Positions 8,506 through 17,307 of a stretch of DNA of 20,459 bases are shown here, in pieces. Source of the DNA: an uncultured Spirochaetota bacterium (GTDB lineage Bacteria; Spirochaetota; Spirochaetia; SZUA-6; Fen-1364); assembly GCA_963745235.1 (NCBI GenBank), contig CAVUXE010000017.1:1-20459 (forward strand). Direction: 5' to 3'. Made by a program: the position numbers and the translations under genes. Within the stretch, counting starts at the first letter, position 1. Every line of letters begins with the position of its first letter. Under the pieces are notes generated by a model. The model searched no databases, was not told the origin of the DNA, and saw only the letters and a list, made by a program, of their open reading frames with translations.

Positions 8506-9831
8506 ATGAGGCGTATTTTTGTCTTGGGTGCCGTCTCCATTTTCGTGCTCATGACAATGCCGCTGCTTGCTGCCCCCGGTCCGGGCGGATACCCGGCCTA
8601 TACCGGCGAGCCGGTGGAATTGACAGAGTGGGCATGGACCAGTAACGAGAACTTCTCCAACGATCTTTTCACAAAGGCATACCCGGACATCACGATCAAG
8701 TGGACGAACAACGGTGTCCCCTATGCTCAGGTCTTGACGGCGACCGCCGCCGGAAGCGGGCTGCCCGACGTGATCATGAGCGAATACACGTATGCCCCCC
8801 AATTCATGACGTATGGCAGCTTCCAGGAAATCAACAAGTGGGTACCCCGCGACCTGTACCTCAAGTACTATCCTGAGGTTACGCTGAAGTGGACGGCCAT
8901 GGACGGCAAGATTTACGGCACGCCCCAGGACAGCGGGGCGGCGACCATGGTTTACCGCAAGGATATCTTTGACAAGTACAATCTATCAGTACCCAAGACG
9001 TGGGCTGATTTCGAGAAGCAGGTCACCAAGCTGCACGACGCGGATCCTAGCATCAACGGGCTGTCTTTCCCCGCGAATTGGGTGCTTGGGCCCATGGGAT
9101 TCGTGTGGCAGGCAGGAACCAAGCTGTTCGACTACGCGAACGGCAAGTGGTACATCAATTTCACCAGCCCGACCGCCATGAAGGTCTTCAACTTCTGGGG
9201 AAAGATGATCCGGAGCAAGCTGGTCAACGGCGACAACTGGTGGAACGCGGACTGGTACAAGGAGCTGGCGGACGGCAAGGCCGCCATGGTCGTGTCCGGT
9301 GGATGGTACCCCGAGTGGCTCCAGTTGAACTGCAAGGTGCCTGACGGACTCTGGCGGGTTGCGCTGGTTCCGCAGTGGGACGCCTCGAAGCCTCAGAACG
9401 GCGAAATGGGCGGATCCGGTTTTTACGTGAGCAGCCAAAGCAAGAACCCGGAAGCTGCGGCACTCTTTGTTCTCTGGCTGAACTCGCATAAGGATTCCCT
9501 CGTGCAGCTCCACGACAAGAGCCAGCTTCCCATCCTCTGGTCCAATACGTTCACGAAAGTGCTGGCGCCTGAGCTGGCAAACCAGCCCTATCCGTATTTC
9601 GGCGGACAGAAAGTCACGCCCGTCAGCGTAGAGGCAATGAAGCAAGTGAAAACTGCCTTCACGGCGATCCCGATCATGGACTACGTGTCCTCGAGCTACA
9701 ACGACGAGTTCCAGAAGTTCCTCAGCGGAGCAGAGGACATCACCGCCTTCGTGAACAACTGGCAGGACAATGTCGTCGCGTTCATGAAGAAGCAGGGATT
9801 GAACAACCTCGTGGTAGGATCTTTGCCGTAA
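8506..9831 (+). CDS. Sugar ABC transporter substrate-binding protein (CUT1 family)
   Basis: RBS AGGAGG before ATG 8506, signal peptide, AAGSGLPDV, DGKIYGTPQD, YRKDIFDKY...PKTWADF, GGSGFYV...SKNPEAA. Confidence 0.93.
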   Translation: MRRIFVLGAVSIFVLMTMPLLAAPGPGGYPAYTGEPVELTEWAWTSNENFSNDLFTKAYPDITIKWTNNGVPYAQVLTATAAGSGLPDVIMSEYTYAPQFMTYGSFQEINKWVPRDLYLKYYPEVTLKWTAMDGKIYGTPQDSGAATMVYRKDIFDKYNLSVPKTWADFEKQVTKLHDADPSINGLSFPANWVLGPMGFVWQAGTKLFDYANGKWYINFTSPTAMKVFNFWGKMIRSKLVNGDNWWNADWYKELADGKAAMVVSGGWYPEWLQLNCKVPDGLWRVALVPQWDASKPQNGEMGGSGFYVSSQSKNPEAAALFVLWLNSHKDSLVQLHDKSQLPILWSNTFTKVLAPELANQPYPYFGGQKVTPVSVEAMKQVKTAFTAIPIMDYVSSSYNDEFQKFLSGAEDITAFVNNWQDNVVAFMKKQGLNNLVVGSLP

Positions 9832-9877
9832 GGGAACAGCGCTGAAAGCGCACCGCCAGATTTTCAACGCAGTCATC

Positions 9878-9912
9878 GGGCTGCCCCGGGAGTTGAACTC
9901 CCGAGGCAGCCC
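9878..9912 (+). terminator. Intercistronic stem-loop after the binding-protein gene (mRNA stabiliser or partial terminator)
   Basis: GGGCTGCCcCGGGAGT-tga-ACTCCCGaGGCAGCCC: 16-bp stem with one mismatch and a pyrimidine tail. Confidence 0.6.
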
Positions 9913-10003
9913 CCTCTTTCTGCCGCTTGTGCGAACGTCCGCTTCCAACCGGTCCGGCGGACGCGTGGGAAGCGGCTTCCGGCGGTTCAGCGGAAAGGCA
10001 GAC

Positions 10004-10867
10004 ATGAGGCGGTTTCAAACGGTCAGAGCGTATCTGTTTCTCCTTCCCTTTCTGGTGTTTTTCGTCCTCGTAACCGCATATCCCGTTCTCTACGGAGGAT
10101 ACCTCTCCCTGTTCGGACAGCACGGGGCGAAAATGTGGTTCGTGGGACTGAGCAATTTCAAGTCCGCGTTCACGGACCCGCTGTTCTGGCAAGGGTTCGG
10201 GATGCCGGTTTTCCTGCTCCTCGTCCAGGTCCCCGGCATGATCGTGATTGCGATCTTCATCGGGCTCCTCTACGAGAGGATCAGACACTCAGTGGTGTAT
10301 CGACTCATCTTCTACCTTCCCTATGCAATGCCCGGAGTCGTAGCGGGGATCCTCTGGTCCTACATTTTCTCCCAATCCATGTCCCCCCTCGTCCCGCTGT
10401 GGAAGCTGTTCGGCGCGGCCAAGCCGATATTCATCACCCTCTCGAGCGTGCGCTGGATACTTCTCATCATCATTCTCTGGGAATGGACGGGATATACTTC
10501 GCTCATCGTCTATTCCACGCTGGTCTCCATTCCCAAGGAACTAGGCGAGGCGGCGGAGATGGACGGCGCCACCTGGTCCAAGGTGGCGTACTACATCAAA
10601 GTGCCGCTCCTCAGAAACACGGTCTTCGTCCTTTTCATTTTCAATTCGATCGGCGCCATGCAGGTCTTCAATGAGCCCAGGATGGTGAATATACTCCTGA
10701 CCCTCCCCCAGAACTACACGCCTGCGATGTACCTCTACAATCAGGCGTTTGCGTATGGCTCCTTCACCTATTCGATCGCGATGGGGCTCGTTCTGGCCGC
10801 GGTCATATTCGTCATCTCCTTCTTCTTCATGAGACAGTCCATGAAGGAATTAGATGTCCATGCGTGA
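10004..10867 (+). CDS. Sugar ABC transporter permease (MalF/UgpA-like)
   Basis: AYLFLLP, FVGLSNF, R.IFYLP, EAA motif ELGEAAEMDGAT. ATG 10004 preceded by AAAGG. Confidence 0.93.
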   Translation: MRRFQTVRAYLFLLPFLVFFVLVTAYPVLYGGYLSLFGQHGAKMWFVGLSNFKSAFTDPLFWQGFGMPVFLLLVQVPGMIVIAIFIGLLYERIRHSVVYRLIFYLPYAMPGVVAGILWSYIFSQSMSPLVPLWKLFGAAKPIFITLSSVRWILLIIILWEWTGYTSLIVYSTLVSIPKELGEAAEMDGATWSKVAYYIKVPLLRNTVFVLFIFNSIGAMQVFNEPRMVNILLTLPQNYTPAMYLYNQAFAYGSFTYSIAMGLVLAAVIFVISFFFMRQSMKELDVHA

Positions 10868-10873
10868 AAGGCG

Positions 10874-11701
10874 GTGGAGATGAAAGCCTCACATCGCGTC
10901 AGGTTCGAAGTCGTCGCGATACTCCTTGCCCTCTATTTTCTCCTCCCCTTTTATTGGCTCGTGCAGAGCTCGACGAAGGACATCGAGCAGCTCATGCAGG
11001 GCACATTTGTTCCCGGATTCCCCAACCACTTCATCGACAATCTCCTTGGCGTTTTCGCGTATAACCATGGCTTGTTCATTCACTGGCTGCTCAACTCATT
11101 TCTCTACTCCGGTGTGGGCTCCGTCGCGGGAACCTTCTTCGCGGCCATGGCCGGGTTCGCGTTCCGGAGGTACCGCTTCGTCGGCCGCAAGTTCCTCTTC
11201 ATCCTCATCCTTGGATTCGCGCTGGTCCCGGGTTTCGCCACGACGCTCCCGCTGTTTATCGAATTCAAGAGCTTCCATTTCCTGAACACGGCCTGGTCCG
11301 TCATCGTTCCCTCCGTGCTGAACGTATTCGGCGTCTACCTCATGGCGGTGTACTGGAACCAGGTTCCCGAGGAGATGTTCGATGCCGCCATGATGGACGG
11401 CACGAGGGAATTGTCGATCTTCCTGAGGATCGGGCTCCCCACCATCCTGCCTGGTGTTACAACCGTCCTTCTCCTTTCATTCGTGGCAATCTGGAACAAC
11501 TATTTCCTCGCGCTCATCATGTTGAACCGCTACGAAGCATTCCCCCTGATTCTGGGGATAACGACGATCAGTTCAGCCTCGGGGTGGCCGGTCTACAATC
11601 TGACCCTGATGGGCGCCTTCCTCACCGCGCTGCCGCTGCTCATCCTTTTCACCACGCTGCAGAGGTTCCTCGCACCTCAACTGACGGGATCGATCAAATG
11701 A
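10874..11701 (+). CDS. Sugar ABC transporter permease (MalG/UgpE-like)
   Basis: NSFLYS, AMAGFAF.R..F.GR, EAA-type motif EMFDAAMMDG, F...WNNYF. Confidence 0.93.
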   Translation: MEMKASHRVRFEVVAILLALYFLLPFYWLVQSSTKDIEQLMQGTFVPGFPNHFIDNLLGVFAYNHGLFIHWLLNSFLYSGVGSVAGTFFAAMAGFAFRRYRFVGRKFLFILILGFALVPGFATTLPLFIEFKSFHFLNTAWSVIVPSVLNVFGVYLMAVYWNQVPEEMFDAAMMDGTRELSIFLRIGLPTILPGVTTVLLLSFVAIWNNYFLALIMLNRYEAFPLILGITTISSASGWPVYNLTLMGAFLTALPLLILFTTLQRFLAPQLTGSIK

Positions 11702-11835
11702 CGCGACCCTTCATGTTGGCCGCGGACGGGAGAAATCCACCTCAAAGGGCCAAGCTGTTTCTTCACCGCTTAATATCGGTTTGGGTCTTTGGGGGCGATA
11801 GTTTTTCGATGGACTACCCCTTTTCACCTTAAGAG

Positions 11836-13437
11836 GTAACTGTTCAGCTGGTCTGAAGACAGTCAGTCAGGGTTAGGTCTTTTTCAAACGCATTCATGAG
11901 AGCGTCAATAACCGATAGGCCCTGCTTTCTGATCGTTGAGATATAACTTCGTATCCGACAGAATGAGAGCGCTCCCCCATTGCTTCGGAATGCCCCGGAT
12001 ACTTTCTGCTGGACCCTCATCATTCTTATATCTCGTTCTGCCAAATTATTGTCGAAGTCAACTCTGAAATCGGTCATGTATCGCAGGGTCTCCTCGCGTA
12101 GTCGTTCAAGTCTTTCCAACAGATTGCGTGCTTTGCTGCGCTTGATCCGGCCCCGTTTTCCGGGGCTGTCTGCCCGATGAGGCGATGGGTTGGCTTTCAT
12201 ACCACTTGCGATGATCGCTTTGTAGCGGCTCTCATATTTGCGAATGTCGCAGAGGGGTAGTTTCTTCTTCCCTGTGCGTTTTGCCTGCTCCACAGTTTGC
12301 TTGCTCTCCAGAAGAAGGCCGATCATTTGCTGCGCCCACACTTGGCCACCCGGTTCATAGACCGCCGTGAGTTCTCGAATGTGATGTGCGTTGCACAGCG
12401 AATGCGAGCACCTATATTTCATGTAGGGTTTCCAATTATCATGAACCGCGTTGCCTTTCAGCCGCGGCAGAATTCCTATCTGGTCTGTGGCGGCCGTCCC
12501 GCGCCTCTGATGAGGATAGTAGTAGGTGAACTCCTGAGTGCCCGCCCCGTGCAGCCAGTGCAGTTTGCCGTTGATGCTCAAGCCGGTCTCATCAAAGTGC
12601 ACCACTTTCGCCTGAATCAGTTTCTCCTTGATCTGCTCCACAACACCCTCGACTCGTTGCGCACACCGCCGATCGATACTGGCCAGCGTGCCAACGCTGA
12701 GGGGAATGGCGAACAGATCAGCGAAGGCTTGGGCGGCTCGATCGTAGGAAAGAAATCCATAGTTTTTTAGATACACTGCAAATGCCTTCAGCCGTGGACC
12801 GTACTGTGTTTTGTGACTTACCCCGAGTGGGAACACCGCTACCGAAAACTCGTGGCAGTGGGGGCAGCGCTTGATCTGGGCACGGTGTTCGGTCACATCC
12901 ACGGCGATGGGCGGAATATCGAAGACTTGTCGTGACTCATACCCTCGCGGCTTTTGCTGTTGCAGCGACTTGCCGCATCCCTGGCACACTTTGACTTCAT
13001 GAATCATCACCTGCTGCGGGTGTTCGACCATGGACAACGTTGTTCCCTCGTGCCCTTGCTGACCGCCAGGTTTTTTCCCGCTGGATTCTCGTCTCGTATG
13101 AATCCGTCGATGCAAGCCATCACTGGAGGGAGGCTTATCGCTGTTATGACTGTCCTTGCTGTTCTTCTCCTCCAGCGCTTTGATTCTTTGCGTTAACCTC
13201 TTGATCTGGTCTACCACCTGGTCGATGGTGTTGTCGTGCTGATCCTGTAGATACTCGATGAGAGAAACGATAGCCTCAGGGCCTGCCTTGTATGCATTCA
13301 GAATTTGCTCGCGAGGGATTCGCGGCAGATGATAGTCCTTTTCCTCTCCCATGCAACTGAGCGTGACGGACTTTTTGAGTTTCCGGAATACTTAACATCC
13401 GTCCGGTATTTCACCTCCCGGGGAGCTGAACAGTTAC
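11836..13437 (-). mobile_element. IS66-family insertion sequence, single-ORF type (ISBst12-like group), 1602 bp
   Basis: Perfect 14-bp terminal inverted repeats GTAACTGTTCAGCT (11836-11849 and 13424-13437). 8-bp target duplication CTTAAGAG / TTTAAGAG (7/8). Confidence 0.92.
11844..13352 (-). CDS. IS66-family DDE transposase
   Basis: SKDSHNSDKPPSSD, KKPGGQ.GH.G, zinc finger C..C...C..C, HFDETG, VHDNW, LCNAHHIREL, DNNLAERDIR...KVSG.FR. Confidence 0.96.
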   Translation of the reverse strand: MGEEKDYHLPRIPREQILNAYKAGPEAIVSLIEYLQDQHDNTIDQVVDQIKRLTQRIKALEEKNSKDSHNSDKPPSSDGLHRRIHTRRESSGKKPGGQQGHEGTTLSMVEHPQQVMIHEVKVCQGCGKSLQQQKPRGYESRQVFDIPPIAVDVTEHRAQIKRCPHCHEFSVAVFPLGVSHKTQYGPRLKAFAVYLKNYGFLSYDRAAQAFADLFAIPLSVGTLASIDRRCAQRVEGVVEQIKEKLIQAKVVHFDETGLSINGKLHWLHGAGTQEFTYYYPHQRRGTAATDQIGILPRLKGNAVHDNWKPYMKYRCSHSLCNAHHIRELTAVYEPGGQVWAQQMIGLLLESKQTVEQAKRTGKKKLPLCDIRKYESRYKAIIASGMKANPSPHRADSPGKRGRIKRSKARNLLERLERLREETLRYMTDFRVDFDNNLAERDIRMMRVQQKVSGAFRSNGGALSFCRIRSYISTIRKQGLSVIDALMNAFEKDLTLTDCLQTS

Positions 13438-13585
13438 TTTAAGAGAACACTTCGTTGGCGCAGCGAGGCTTCAGCGCGGGCAGCGCGTTTTTCAAGAGCC
13501 TCATCTGGGCCCTTGCGCCTCTGCAAACAGCTAGGCGAACGCAAAATCCCGCCAAACGGGACGCGTGGCGGGCCTTGGTGAGGTT

Positions 13586-13605
13586 CTATGCCGAATTCGG
13601 CATAG
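13586..13605. repeat. Perfect 20-bp palindrome downstream of the recombinase
   Basis: CTATGCCGAATTCGGCATAG, flanked on both sides by GAGGTT. Confidence 0.8.
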
Positions 13606-13632
13606 GAGGTTTTCCGAAGGCCTGCCGCGTCA

Positions 13633-14482
13633 TTACATCCCCCCAAACAGCTCCTCGTCGCTGAACGCATCCCGCACGTAGTAGCGCAACGTGGTCGCTT
13701 CATCGGAATGCCCGAGCAACCTCGAGACTGCCTTGATCCTCTTCGTTGCCGCCAGTAGATCTGTCGCCCTGCTGTGCCGCAGCACGTGCGCCGAGACAGC
13801 CCGCCCCAGCACCCGCCGAGCAGCCCGCGCAATCTCCCTTGAGATGTATTCCCTCTTGAAGTGCTGCCCTTGCCGTGACTGAAACAGGTAGGTGCCCTCA
13901 GGGTACACCGCCAGGATCCGCCTGTAGAGCTCGGCGGGGATCCTCGAGGTTCTTTCCTTGTCGCCCTTGCCGTAGAGCCGCAGCTCCACGGCACCATTGG
14001 TGCTGTTCACTTTGACCTGGTCCCGCCGAACGCCGAGCCCTTCAGAGACTCGAGCTCCCGTGACATACAACGTCTCGGCGATCAGCCTCACACGGAGGGG
14101 CAACGCCTCGAGGAGCATAGTGCGTTCCTCGGGAGAAACGACGGTCACCTCCGGCGGCGCCTTCTTCACCGCGGGGATCTCCCCCAGCGCTCCGCGGATG
14201 AGCGAGATCTCCTTGGCAGGGAGGCCCAAGCGCTCTGCTGCCTGGAGGAAGGCTTTGCGGCCGGCGGCCAGGGCCTGGTTGACGGTGGCCGCGGAGCGCG
14301 CTCGGCGGAGCTGGTGGATGTAAGCGGCAAAGCCATCGACGGTCACCTCCTGGCCGCTCTCAAGAAAGGCTCTGAGAGCCGTGCGGTAGGCCGCCGTGGT
14401 GAGGGCGCCAGCGCCTTTGACCCTCCAGGAGGGCGGAAGCCAGGTTGGTTGCAGGGCGGGCCTTGGTGGGGGTATTAGGCAT
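13633..14482 (-). CDS. Tyrosine recombinase (XerC/D-like); probable start 14482 with a +1 frameshift near 14421-14423
   Basis: Catalytic R (TGARVSE), K (GKGDKER), HxLR (HVLRHS), H (LLGHS), Y (TTLRY). The frame stays open upstream of 14346 (VKGAGALTTAAYRTALRAFL), and removing one G joins it to MPNTPTKARPATNLASALLE. Confidence 0.9.
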
Positions 14483-14496
14483 AGGACATCCCTAGA

Positions 14497-14524
14497 ATGT
14501 CACATAAATACTGTTATGTGTACT
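14497..14524. other. dif-like tyrosine-recombinase core site S0
   Basis: ATGTCACATAA-ATACTG-TTATGTGTACT: 11-6-11 layout with inner palindrome CACATAA/TTATGTG, 14 nt upstream of the recombinase start. Compare E. coli dif GGTGCGCATAA-TGTATA-TTATGTTAAAT. Confidence 0.75.
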
Positions 14525-14763
14525 ACTGAGACAGGCGAGGACCTTTCAGTGCCTGTCGAAGGGGGTGGACATTCTCTCCTTTGTGAAAGCGACTATCTTT
14601 GCTCACTTGCTGTTTTGTTTAAATGAATCGTTTCTTGGAGACAGATTCCTGTAATCGCCGTCGCGGCCCATCGAAGTCGAATCAACGAGACGGATTTGAG
14701 TTTCCCCCTTGAGCCGTCCTTAGAATGGCGACGCGCAAGCATCGAGACCAGGATGCCCCTGGC

Positions 14764-15240
14764 TCATTCCAACCCCAGCTTCTGCCTCGTCGCGTGGTAC
14801 AGCCGCGCGATTGGAGGATAGTTCGCGGTCCCCTCAGAGACGAGGCCCAGGAGGATCTGGTACGCGCCCGAGTAGTCCCCTGTGTTGAAGAGTCGCTTGG
14901 CCTCGGCGAAGCGGGCAAGGCTTACAGAGGAGAGGGAGCTTGCCTCAGGGCTGCCTTCCTTCAGGAGGATGGTTCTGCGGAGAGCAAGGGCCGCAGCGTT
15001 GTCGTGATTGAGCTTGATTGCGACATCCAAGTCTTTCAGAGCTGGGTCGAAGGTCCACAGGTTTGCGGGATCATATTCTTCCCGCGCCCTGGACAAGGCC
15101 TGGTTTGATTGCGCAATCTGCGCCGCCGAAAGGGGACTGATGCGAAACCCCAGGCTGATTTCCAGCTCCTGGGTAGCGTCCTTTAGGGGCCGGTAGTTCG
15201 GCAGGACGTCCTGGTAGTCCTTCAGGGCAAAGTACAGGCG
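14764..15240 (-). pseudogene. C-terminal fragment of a helical/TPR-like protein abutting, or fused to, the relaxase
   Basis: LYFALKDYQDVLPNY..LK.A..ELEISLG...ALKDLDVAIKLNHDNAAA...AKRLFNTGDYSGAYQIL looks like real coding sequence. It has no start of its own; the upstream part of the ORF is an alternative frame of the relaxase. Confidence 0.6.
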
Positions 15241-16031
15241 ATCCCGCTGGCTTCCATCTCCTCGATCGCCCTGCCCTTGTGCACCCCGGGCACATGGTTT
15301 AGCTCGCGCGCTCGGCTGAGGTCTCCCCGCTCGAGGGCTTCCCCGAGCTGCACTGCGTTTCTCCTGTTGTCGATATGCACGTCTTTGTGTCCGACAAGCT
15401 GCAAGGCGTTGTTGCATGCTTTCTCCCACGCGGGGTGGGCTTCCCTCACCAGGTCGCGGCTGTGCCATTCAAGACTTGCTGTCTTTTTCTTTGCAAACCC
15501 CTCCGGTGTAATGTCTCGGTCAGTCGTTAGAACGTGAGCGTGAAAATTTCTCGCGTCGTTCTTTTCGTTTGGCTCGTGGATCACGTACTGCGCCACCATG
15601 CCCTTCTCCACCAGGTAGTCCTTGAGGAAGCTTCGCACCAGGTGCTCCGCCTCCTGCTTGCCGAGCTCGCAGGGGATGGGGAGCATCCATTCGCGCCCCG
15701 TGATGGCGTTGGACTTGCCCCCTGCGTGCTCGGCGTCGTTCCAAAGCCGCCCCGTGCACTCGCGGTATAGCCCCTTGTCGCTGGGGTCGACGTCCTTCAA
15801 GTATTCGGGCGCGTTCTCAGGGGCAATGATGCCCCGCGCGATGACCTGCTCCTCCCCGCGGTCGCCAAACTTGTAGTCGTGGGCCTCAAGGAACCTGTCC
15901 GCTTCCAGGTGCAAGTCCATGCGGTTGTGGTAGGCGGCTATTCCCACGGTGGTCATGGGCCTGTGGGTCTTGCCGATTGAGCGTGATCGCTGGATGGCCC
16001 GAACGCTGGGGTGGAGAGACTTGGTTTTCAT
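15222..16031 (-). CDS. mobA: MobA/MobL-family (MOBQ) relaxase, nuclease domain only
   Basis: Motif I GIAAY (catalytic Tyr), LWNDAE, REWMLPIP.EL, motif III VIH...NFHAHVLTTDR, W...CN..L, IDNR, P.VH.G....ME..GI. RBS AAGGAG. Confidence 0.9.
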   Translation of the reverse strand: MKTKSLHPSVRAIQRSRSIGKTHRPMTTVGIAAYHNRMDLHLEADRFLEAHDYKFGDRGEEQVIARGIIAPENAPEYLKDVDPSDKGLYRECTGRLWNDAEHAGGKSNAITGREWMLPIPCELGKQEAEHLVRSFLKDYLVEKGMVAQYVIHEPNEKNDARNFHAHVLTTDRDITPEGFAKKKTASLEWHSRDLVREAHPAWEKACNNALQLVGHKDVHIDNRRNAVQLGEALERGDLSRARELNHVPGVHKGRAIEEMEASGIACTLP

Positions 16032-16136
16032 GGACTTTCTCCTTCTTCTCTGATAGCGTATGATACACGCGGCCGAAGAGGCCAGCGTGGGGCATAAGCG
16101 CCATGGGGTATTAGGGGGCCAGTGGCCCCCTAACGC

Positions 16137-16173
16137 ATGGAAGTGCCATGGGCACTTCTGTTAATTGCGCTCC
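16137..16173 (+). other. Candidate MOBQ oriT, predicted nic between 16169 and 16170
   Basis: Inverted repeat GAAGTGCC-atg-GGCACTTC, then TGT-TAATTGCG^CTCC. The MOBQ core is TAA(A/G)TGCG^CCCT. Lies between the divergent mob genes. Confidence 0.65.
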
Positions 16174-16241
16174 GACTACAAGCCACACAATAGCACTCCG
16201 TGCAAAATAGCGCAATGCGCTTGTGTGGCTTGTAGTCGGAG
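16170..16241. repeat. Perfect 21-bp inverted repeat with a 30-bp spacer
   Basis: CTCCGACTACAAGCCACACAA (16170-16190) and TTGTGTGGCTTGTAGTCGGAG (16221-16241). Confidence 0.9.
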
Positions 16242-16473
16242 GGCCGCGCCCCCCTCGGGTCCCTTCTGTGTCGGGTTCCTACACTGAGGCCCCCGCGAAG
16301 TGTAGGCGACACGGAAGGCGAGGCGGGCGCGGCCTAAGATTCGTCTTCGACTTTGCGGGGTGGTACTAGGTATGCGGCAGGGCGCCTGATCGTTCGCTAC
16401 AGCCCCGCCACGCGCCTTGGCCGGCGGCTTTCCGGGCGGCTATGCCGTCGAAACAGCTTACCAGGAGAAAAAC

Positions 16474-16899
16474 ATGCCTGAGCTCAAAGCCCAGATCGAA
16501 GAGGTAGAAAAGAAGCTTCAATCCGAGCGGGTCGCCGCCAACCAGGCCAAAGACCCAAAGGAGAAGGCCGGCCACCTGCGAGTGATCAAGCGCCTCTATG
16601 CCAAGCTCGCCCAGCTACAGATCGTGGGGGTGGTCCGCGCCGAGCGGGCTTCCAAGGTCGATGCGGCAAAGCTGCGCGCCCAGCGCTCGCACTTCATGTA
16701 CGTGGTCATGGGCGAGCTATTGAAGAAGGCCCGCGGGGATGAAGGCATCAAGAGCCTGATCAATCGGGCGGTGTCGTGGATCGGAAATCCAAAGGAAAAA
16801 GAGAAGGCTGTCAAACAGCTATCGCTTCTGCAGGCTGAATGGGCAAAGCCTGCAAAGCCCAAGGCACCTCCACCAAAGCCGCCGGAGTCAAAGCGATAG
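16474..16899 (+). CDS. Basic helical protein, putative mobilisation accessory protein (MobC/MobS position)
   Basis: RBS AGGAGA before ATG 16474. Divergent from the relaxase across the oriT. R..RSH....MGELL resembles the MobC/TraD-like pattern. Confidence 0.6.
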   Translation: MPELKAQIEEVEKKLQSERVAANQAKDPKEKAGHLRVIKRLYAKLAQLQIVGVVRAERASKVDAAKLRAQRSHFMYVVMGELLKKARGDEGIKSLINRAVSWIGNPKEKEKAVKQLSLLQAEWAKPAKPKAPPPKPPESKR

Positions 16900-16974
16900 G
16901 ATACCCGCCTGCGGCGACAGGTGGAACCAACGAGGTGTGGATCCCCCCAAGGGGGGCCGCCCGCCCACCGATCC

Positions 16975-17307
16975 TTACCCCTCAGGGTCCTCGATACCGT
17001 CCCCGCTGGAATCCAAACCCTCCACGGGCGGGAAAGGTCCTTTCGCCGCCACCGCGTTGTAGATCATGCGGGTGAATATCTCGTTAGGCCGCTGCTTGCG
17101 GCAGTACAACTGCACAAACCGCTCCCACATCGCCGTGTCGATGATAAACGACACCCCTCGTAATCCTGGATGCGCTTCTTGCCACCTCTGGTGGCGCCGC
17201 TGGTTCTTTCGTTGCGTCTTTGTTAATCCCTGACTCGGCTGCTCGTGCTCTCCCTGCACTGGCTTTGCCTTTTCTGGCTCTGGGTATTTGATCAGCTCAC
17301 CCTTCAT
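16975..17307 (-). CDS. Hypothetical protein with a possible RHH domain, in the rep operon
   Basis: GGAGG before ATG 17307. RGVSFIIDTAMWERFVQLY...NEIFTRMIYNAV fits a beta-alpha-alpha pattern. Confidence 0.55.
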   Translation of the reverse strand: MKGELIKYPEPEKAKPVQGEHEQPSQGLTKTQRKNQRRHQRWQEAHPGLRGVSFIIDTAMWERFVQLYCRKQRPNEIFTRMIYNAVAAKGPFPPVEGLDSSGDGIEDPEG

